From an uncultured Desulfatibacillum sp. (GTDB taxonomy: Bacteria; Desulfobacterota; Desulfobacteria; Desulfobacterales; SpSt-501): a stretch of DNA of 64,000 bases. The stretch covers positions 29,759 through 93,758 of the forward strand of contig CAZNKG010000005.1 of NCBI GenBank assembly GCA_964573635.1, in the 5' to 3' direction. This document shows positions 58,295 through 64,000 of the stretch, piece after piece; the first letter of the stretch is position 1, and every line of letters starts with the position of its first letter. Below the pieces are notes generated by a model. That model ran no database searches. It was not told the DNA's origin and saw nothing but the letters and a program-made list of their open reading frames with translations. The position numbers and the translations under genes are program-made.

Positions 58295-60322
58295 TCAATC
58301 CGGCAGCACGATGTAGCTCGCGTAGCTGAACAGCCCGTAAACGGCCCAGGACCCGGCCATCAGGAAATCCCCGATGATCAGGCCGACGAAGAAGTAGCGC
58401 AGCCGGCGGAAGAGCGCGATGCCGCCGTAGCGCATGCACAGGGCATTGCAGAGCCACCCCACGAAGAAGCTGAACCACAGGATCCACATGGCCGAGCTGT
58501 AGGCCGTGAGGTACCCGAGGGGGTGGATCGGCCACCAGTAGAACCGGTGGTAGCAGACGACGAGCACGAGCATCACGAGCGCCCCGGCGGCGGTGAAGAT
58601 CATCACCCACTCCCGCGGCCCGGCGGGGCTTTCGATCAGCGTGAAGACCCCCTCGTAGACCGCGAGGGTCGTGCGCACCGCCCAGTCCATCTCGAGCTCC
58701 CGCATGCCGTACTTGTAGCTGACGGCGAGCATGGCGAGAAACGAGACGACGATGCCCCCGGCGAGGGCGGCGAGCAGCACCGCGAGCATCAGGCGCCGGT
58801 TGCGGACCCCCTCGGTGATCTTGCGCGTGTGCAAGAGCGAGGGCATCAGCGACTCGCGCAGGTCGAGGAAGAGCACCTTCTGCACGACGGCCGCCACGAC
58901 GAGCCCCGCCGGGGTGAACACCTTGGAGCCCAGGAAAGCAAGGAGGCCGTCCAGGGGGGCGGCGGTCAGGGTGAAGTAGGCGATCCCGCCCTGGCAGATC
59001 ACCCGCATGGCCACCAGCGTGAACAGAAAGAAGGCCGCCACGACCGCCCCGGAGAGCGCGAGCGGGATGCCGTAGAAGCGGCACCAGAGGACGATCGCGA
59101 TGCTGCCGAGCAGAAACCCCCAGAAGGCGGTGCGCGTCGAGACCCACTCCCCGCCCGCCCCCGGGCCGCTCTCCTTCCGCGCGCCGACGGCCTTGAGCAG
59201 GATGTCGACGAAGTGGAAGCGCGCGAGCCAGGCGAGGAACCCGAAAAAAACGAGATAGGCCCCGATCATCTGGGTCTCCTCGGGCCGCGACAGGGTCGGC
59301 CCGAAGGTCGTCCCCAGCGCCGCCGACGGGATGTTGACCCCCAGGAAGGAGAGCGCCCCGGTCAGGAGGCAGCCGGCGGCGAAGAAGGCCCAGAAGGAGA
59401 AGGAGATCGGTTTGCTCGTGAGAAACGCGAACCCGATGAAGGCCGGGTAAATGTAGATTTTCAGCTTGACGAAGCCCGAGAAGAGGCCGGTCTTGGGGAA
59501 GTACTGGCCGGCCAGGACGAGGGTCGGGATGGAGGGGACCGACGGGTGGTAGAAGCTCAGCCCGTTGACCAGGTGCAGGATCACCGGCACCGCGAGCCCG
59601 GCGAGGAGGAAGCGGTCGCCGAAGAAGCGGCCGAGCCGGTCCGCGTCGAGGGCCTCCTGCATCATGATCGGCACCCGCAGCAGCGGGAAATTCATGCGCT
59701 CGTTGTAGAGCGGCTGCCGGGCGAGCAGGCTCACGATGCAGACCATCACGAGGTAGCACAGGAACACGAAGCCGGCCCAGGTGGCGAGCGGCGCGATCCA
59801 CACCTCCCAGGGGATGCGCGCCAGGATCTCCGACCACGCCATCTGGCGGCCGCCGGGGATGCCGTTGGCGAAGGTGTCGAGGGCCGACGGCGGGCCGGGG
59901 TACCACCCCGCGGGCAGCAGCGGCCAGAGGAGCTCCGGCCAGCGGTTCTCCACGGTGGCGAACTGGAAGGGGGCCGTCAAGTTCACGAAAAAGGTCCGCC
60001 CCAGGCCCGTCCAGGAGATCCCGGAGAGGAGCACCATCAGCGCCCACATGACGAGCGTTTCGCGCCCGGTGAAGAGCCGGCGGCGCTTGAAGACCGCCCG
60101 CAGGAGCGCGGTCACGATCATGATCCAGACGAGCAGGTAGAAGGGGGCGAGCGGGAAGTGCCCGCCGCCGAGCGGCGTTCCCTGCCGGTAGGCGTTGTTG
60201 AACGGAGTGATGAGGCAGATCAGCAGCGCGAGCGCCGCGCCGATCAGCGGGGCCCGCAGGCGGATCCTTTCGCCGGGGCCGGCCTCCGGGCCGTCCGCGG
60301 CGGGTGGGGCGGTGGCGCTCAT
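58295..60322 (-). CDS. Polytopic membrane protein, DUF6785/DUF6784-like
   Basis: About 15 TM helices; RQPLYNERMNFPL, YPAFIGFAFL, GGIAY, WPIHPLGY motifs. Confidence 0.72.
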   Translation of the reverse strand: MSATAPPAADGPEAGPGERIRLRAPLIGAALALLICLITPFNNAYRQGTPLGGGHFPLAPFYLLVWIMIVTALLRAVFKRRRLFTGRETLVMWALMVLLSGISWTGLGRTFFVNLTAPFQFATVENRWPELLWPLLPAGWYPGPPSALDTFANGIPGGRQMAWSEILARIPWEVWIAPLATWAGFVFLCYLVMVCIVSLLARQPLYNERMNFPLLRVPIMMQEALDADRLGRFFGDRFLLAGLAVPVILHLVNGLSFYHPSVPSIPTLVLAGQYFPKTGLFSGFVKLKIYIYPAFIGFAFLTSKPISFSFWAFFAAGCLLTGALSFLGVNIPSAALGTTFGPTLSRPEETQMIGAYLVFFGFLAWLARFHFVDILLKAVGARKESGPGAGGEWVSTRTAFWGFLLGSIAIVLWCRFYGIPLALSGAVVAAFFLFTLVAMRVICQGGIAYFTLTAAPLDGLLAFLGSKVFTPAGLVVAAVVQKVLFLDLRESLMPSLLHTRKITEGVRNRRLMLAVLLAALAGGIVVSFLAMLAVSYKYGMRELEMDWAVRTTLAVYEGVFTLIESPAGPREWVMIFTAAGALVMLVLVVCYHRFYWWPIHPLGYLTAYSSAMWILWFSFFVGWLCNALCMRYGGIALFRRLRYFFVGLIIGDFLMAGSWAVYGLFSYASYIVLPD

Positions 60323-60368
60323 ACGATCCCGGTCCGCGGGTCTCCTTTCCCGGCGATATCGCCGGCCC

Positions 60369-63300
60369 TCACGCGGCGGCCGGACGCGCCGCGCGCGCCC
60401 GGGCCAGCACGGTTTCGAAATGCCGCTTGTCGTCGTCGCCGAGCGAGCGCCAGATGAGCAGCTGCCGGCGGAGCGTGTTCAAAAAACCCTTGTTGATCCG
60501 GTGCCAGGCGTTCAACTCCCCCGATTCGCGCGTCACCGCCACGTGGATCTCGAGAAACCCCCGCTCGTCGGGCGACGGCTTGAAGCGCAGCTCCACCCGC
60601 TGCATGATGCCGAAGTCGAAGGGGGCGAGCCACACCGGGCAGGTGAGGTGCAGGCACTCGGTGTATTCGCAGGCCGCCTGGGGGCACTCCTCGCCGGCGG
60701 CGCCGAAGACCGGCGGCGACTCGCAGGCGAACCCGATCTCCATGCCGGCGGTCGAGAAGTGGCCGTGGGAGACGTCCCGGTGGCCCTCGAAGTAGTCGTA
60801 GAGGAAGCCCCCGACGCTCGCGTGCTCCGGGTAGGTCATGAGGAAGGGAAGCACGAGCGACAGGCGGTTGCCCTCGGCCGGCGGCAGGCTCCAGGAGCGG
60901 TTCACGTCCGGGATGGCGATCTGGGCCGCGACCCGGGAGGGGTAGATCGCCGAAACGAGGACGACCCCCATGACGAGCAGCATCGCCGCCACCCCGGAGA
61001 GCGAGGAGTAGTTCACGGTGATGCCCGACCACAGCGCGCTCTGGGCGAAGAGCTTGGCGCTCGTCTGCGCGAGCAGGTAGCCGCACACGACGCTCAGGAC
61101 CGCAAAGGCCATGGATTCGGCGATGAACAGGAACGCGACGTGCGACGGGGCGAGCCCCACGGAGGTGTAGACCGCGATCTCGCGCTTGCGCTCGTAGACG
61201 CTGCCGATCATGGTGTTCAGCACGATGAAGACCGAGATCGCCAGCGGGATGATGATGTTCGGGACTCCGCTGTAGCTCAGGCTGTCGCTCGCGTGGTAGA
61301 GGAAGGTGCCCTCCGGCTCGCCGCTGAAGAGGCTCAGCCCGAAGCGGTCGACCAGGAACTGGGCGGCCGCCTGGGCGTTCGCGGGCGAGTCGAGCCGCAC
61401 GGCGACCGCCTTGAGCTTTCCCCCGGCGGCGAGCAGCGTCGGCGCGGGGACGATGATCGTGGTTTCGGCGGCGGCGTGCTGGTAGCGGCTCTGGAACTCC
61501 CGGATGTCGTCGCCGGACTCCAGGGCCTCGACCTCCTCCTCGCTCAGCTCGGCGGAGCCCTCCCGCGGGAAGACGGCCGGGGTGAGCGGTTCGCCGTCCA
61601 AATCCGGGCGCTCCCGCAAGCCCCGGGCCGAGAAGACGCCCGCCACCTCGAAGGGCATCCCCCAGAGCAGGACCTGGCGGCCCTCCGGCCGCTGCGGGTC
61701 GATCCCGAGGTTTTCGGCCAGCCGGTCCGGCAGGAGCAGGGCCCGCCGGTCTTGGGCGCTCAACCAGCGGCCGCCGACGAGCGTGCGGTCCAGGCCCGAA
61801 ACCTCGACCTCGCGGTGCGACAACCCCACCATCCCCAGGGCCTCGGTGCGGCGCTCCCCGGCCCGCAGCGGGATGATCGTCGGCCGCGTCGGGTCGGCGT
61901 CTTCGAGCCAGACCCGCGGCACCGCGGCCCCCTCGCCCGCAAAGGCGTTTTCGATCACCCCCAGGGCCTGGGCGGGCAGGTCCTTCCAGTTCACGTTCTT
62001 GAGGAGGATGCCGTGGTAGGCCGCGCCGGCGTCGTATTGGATGCGCGCGTGGCGCCGGAGCGACTTCACCGCGGTGAAGCTCATGATGGTGAAGGTCAGG
62101 ATGACGAGGGTGACGCAGGTGAGCGCCGTGCGCAGCGGCCGGCGGCGCAGGTTGCTCACCCCCAGCAGGAAGGCCGCGACGAAGGCTTTCCAGCGCCCGA
62201 TCTCGCCCGACTGCCGGATCCGCGCCCGGCTCTGGAGCTGGACCATCTCCTGCTCGAAGCGCAGGAAGATGATCAGCGTCACGACGAGCGACAGCCCCAT
62301 GATGAAGAAGGCGAGGATCACCACCATCGGGCTGTAGGCGAGCTGGAAGGCCGGGTGGACGCTGTAGACGACCGCGATCAGCAGCAGCAGGATGGCGCTG
62401 AAGGCGAGGATGCGCCGGTAGATGTTCGCGTAGGCGAAGAGCAGCCGCTCGAGGCAGAAGGCGAAGGGGACGAAGAGCGCGATGTAGAACAGGACGCCGT
62501 AGAGGACGTCCTTCTGGGTCTTTTCGACGTCCTCGTAGACCCGGATGGCGAGCGCCCAGGAGCGCGCGGCGGCCTCGCTGAAGCGGTCGTACTGCCGCGC
62601 GGCGAGCGCCTGCTGCGCGGCGTTCCGCTCGGCGAGGCCCTGCTCCTGCAGGCGGCGGATGCGCTCGTTGAAGATGCCGCGCGCTTCGAGGTTTTCGATC
62701 CGCGGTGCGAGCAGCGTCCACATGTCGTTGGCGGTGCGGTACTCGGTGAGGTGGAGGACCGGGTGCCCCTCGACGGGGTAGCCGCTGCCGACGGGGTTTT
62801 CGTCGCTGCCGTTCAGCAAAAGCATCTTGCGTCGCAGGACCGTGTCCGAGAGCGTCAGCTTGAGCGGGGTGCCGGGCTCGAGGAAAATGCTCGTAATGAC
62901 CGACTGCCAGGTGTCCAGCCGGCTCATGAACCAGCGCAGCGGATCGGCCTCGCGGCGGCCGTCGATGATGTCGGGCTTCGTCAGGTGGCGGAAGGTCCGC
63001 GGCTCGAGCAGATTGAACAGCGTGATGCCGCTGCCGGCGAACATGACGAGGTCCGTCTCCATGAAGCGGCGGTTCATCTTGACCCGGTAGGCGTCCTTGC
63101 CGGTGAGCTTTTTGTCGATCGCCCAGACGGCCTGCCCGCTGTGCTCGTCAAAGCGGTAGCCCTCGATGATGACCTTGTGGAAGCTGTGGGTCTTGTCGGC
63201 GGCCCCCTTCAGGACGAAGCGCCCCTGCTGGTCCGCCATCACCGTGAAGCGCGCCGGGCCCTGGTAGCAGATGAGCACCGTCCCCGGCGCGGGCTTGTCG

Positions 63301-64000
63301 GGGAAGATCTCGCCGTGGCGCAGGAATTTCGCCCGGCCGTTGATGGTGGCGAAGCCGTTGCGCGGAAACTGGCCCTCGTGCAGCTTCGGCGTGCGGCCGA
63401 GACGGGAGAGCATCGCGGAGACGAGCGCCCCCTGCTGGGCGGCGAAGTCGGCGTCGACCGCCTCGGGGGTGTCGGCGGGCGTCCCCCACCGCGCGCGGGC
63501 GTCCCCGGTCGTCACGAGCGTCAGCCCGTGGAGGCCGGCGAGGGCCGTCACCTCGCCGCCGAGCGCCGGCCGGTCGAGGAAATAACTCTGCCAGGACTTG
63601 AGCCGGCTCGGCCGGAGCGTCTGCTGGAAGATCCCGCCGAAGCCGAGGTCGTGCTCGCTCTGCTCCGCGGCGGCGGTGAGCGCCTCGTCGAGCCGGATGT
63701 AGGCCGGGGCCCGGTTGATCCGCGGCCGGAAGGGGTACTGCCAGCCGAGGTTGAAGGCGCCGACCCCCTCGCCGTGGCTCGAGAGGTGCAGCGAGACCGC
63801 CGCGACGATCTCGTAGCCCTGCAGGGCCGCGCGCAGCGCGCCGGCGCTTTCGATGAGCTTCAGCTGCAGGCGCGCATCGGCGAGCAGCGCCTCCTGGTCG
63901 CGGCGCGCCCGGTCCGCGACCGCAGCGAGCAGCTCGCGTTCGGCCGGCGCGAGCCCCGTGTAGGAGGCGCGCCACATGAGCCGGCGCAGAAGCTGCCTTT
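60369..64000 (-). CDS. Giant FtsX/MacB-type permease with N-terminal M28-peptidase-like domain (5'-truncated by window)
   Basis: Frame is open past 63977 to the window end; NLRRRPLRTALT, SVYERKREIAVYTSVGL FtsX motifs; WGTPADT resembles the M28 'HTxxD' motif. Confidence 0.8.
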   Translation of the reverse strand, partial: RQLLRRLMWRASYTGLAPAERELLAAVADRARRDQEALLADARLQLKLIESAGALRAALQGYEIVAAVSLHLSSHGEGVGAFNLGWQYPFRPRINRAPAYIRLDEALTAAAEQSEHDLGFGGIFQQTLRPSRLKSWQSYFLDRPALGGEVTALAGLHGLTLVTTGDARARWGTPADTPEAVDADFAAQQGALVSAMLSRLGRTPKLHEGQFPRNGFATINGRAKFLRHGEIFPDKPAPGTVLICYQGPARFTVMADQQGRFVLKGAADKTHSFHKVIIEGYRFDEHSGQAVWAIDKKLTGKDAYRVKMNRRFMETDLVMFAGSGITLFNLLEPRTFRHLTKPDIIDGRREADPLRWFMSRLDTWQSVITSIFLEPGTPLKLTLSDTVLRRKMLLLNGSDENPVGSGYPVEGHPVLHLTEYRTANDMWTLLAPRIENLEARGIFNERIRRLQEQGLAERNAAQQALAARQYDRFSEAAARSWALAIRVYEDVEKTQKDVLYGVLFYIALFVPFAFCLERLLFAYANIYRRILAFSAILLLLIAVVYSVHPAFQLAYSPMVVILAFFIMGLSLVVTLIIFLRFEQEMVQLQSRARIRQSGEIGRWKAFVAAFLLGVSNLRRRPLRTALTCVTLVILTFTIMSFTAVKSLRRHARIQYDAGAAYHGILLKNVNWKDLPAQALGVIENAFAGEGAAVPRVWLEDADPTRPTIIPLRAGERRTEALGMVGLSHREVEVSGLDRTLVGGRWLSAQDRRALLLPDRLAENLGIDPQRPEGRQVLLWGMPFEVAGVFSARGLRERPDLDGEPLTPAVFPREGSAELSEEEVEALESGDDIREFQSRYQHAAAETTIIVPAPTLLAAGGKLKAVAVRLDSPANAQAAAQFLVDRFGLSLFSGEPEGTFLYHASDSLSYSGVPNIIIPLAISVFIVLNTMIGSVYERKREIAVYTSVGLAPSHVAFLFIAESMAFAVLSVVCGYLLAQTSAKLFAQSALWSGITVNYSSLSGVAAMLLVMGVVLVSAIYPSRVAAQIAIPDVNRSWSLPPAEGNRLSLVLPFLMTYPEHASVGGFLYDYFEGHRDVSHGHFSTAGMEIGFACESPPVFGAAGEECPQAACEYTECLHLTCPVWLAPFDFGIMQRVELRFKPSPDERGFLEIHVAVTRESGELNAWHRINKGFLNTLRRQLLIWRSLGDDDKRHFETVLARARAARPAAA

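Overview
This 64 kb window is very GC-rich (about 70% by eye) bacterial chromosomal DNA. Gene content (tetraheme cytochrome c3, NIF-type Fe-S assembly, PAS-LuxR regulators, PEP-CTERM) points to a sulfate-reducing Desulfobacterota, probably Desulfobacterales; this is inference. I found about 56 credible CDS and no rRNA, tRNA, CRISPR array, transposase, integrase or prophage. Left to right: (1) partial rhomboid protease and a hypothetical; (2) DUF6599 / Tat-DUF362 / polyferredoxin / Tat-aldo-keto-reductase operon, two small ORFs and cytochrome c3; (3) a two-component system divergent from a vWA protein, a membrane protein, a GTPase-less IF2 C-terminal paralog and cutA; (4) DUF4185-like lipoprotein, CoA-transferase and DUF2845; (5) a minor-pilin cassette ending in a pilin-anchored lectin/beta-propeller adhesin, then a PEP-CTERM gene; (6) flavin oxidoreductase, YihY/BrkB, an AT-rich island, two LuxR regulators, ugd and MEMO1; (7) nifUS converging on a 16 kb minus-strand run (SpoIIE, DUF2065, queA, tgt, nfu, mce, scpA, meaB, carboxyltransferase, small ORF, 5S+biotin carrier, sucCD, hypAB), which is a methylmalonyl-CoA propionate pathway; (8) a partner-switching module around an ABC transporter with a split NBD; (9) an uncharacterised membrane system running off the right edge (giant M28-like/FtsX permease, DUF6785-like, OPT-like, exported protein, hypothetical, PqqD-like). 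The best novelty candidates are (9), the orphan IF2-C protein, (8) and the adhesin in (5). All family names come from motif recognition and recall, not from database searches.
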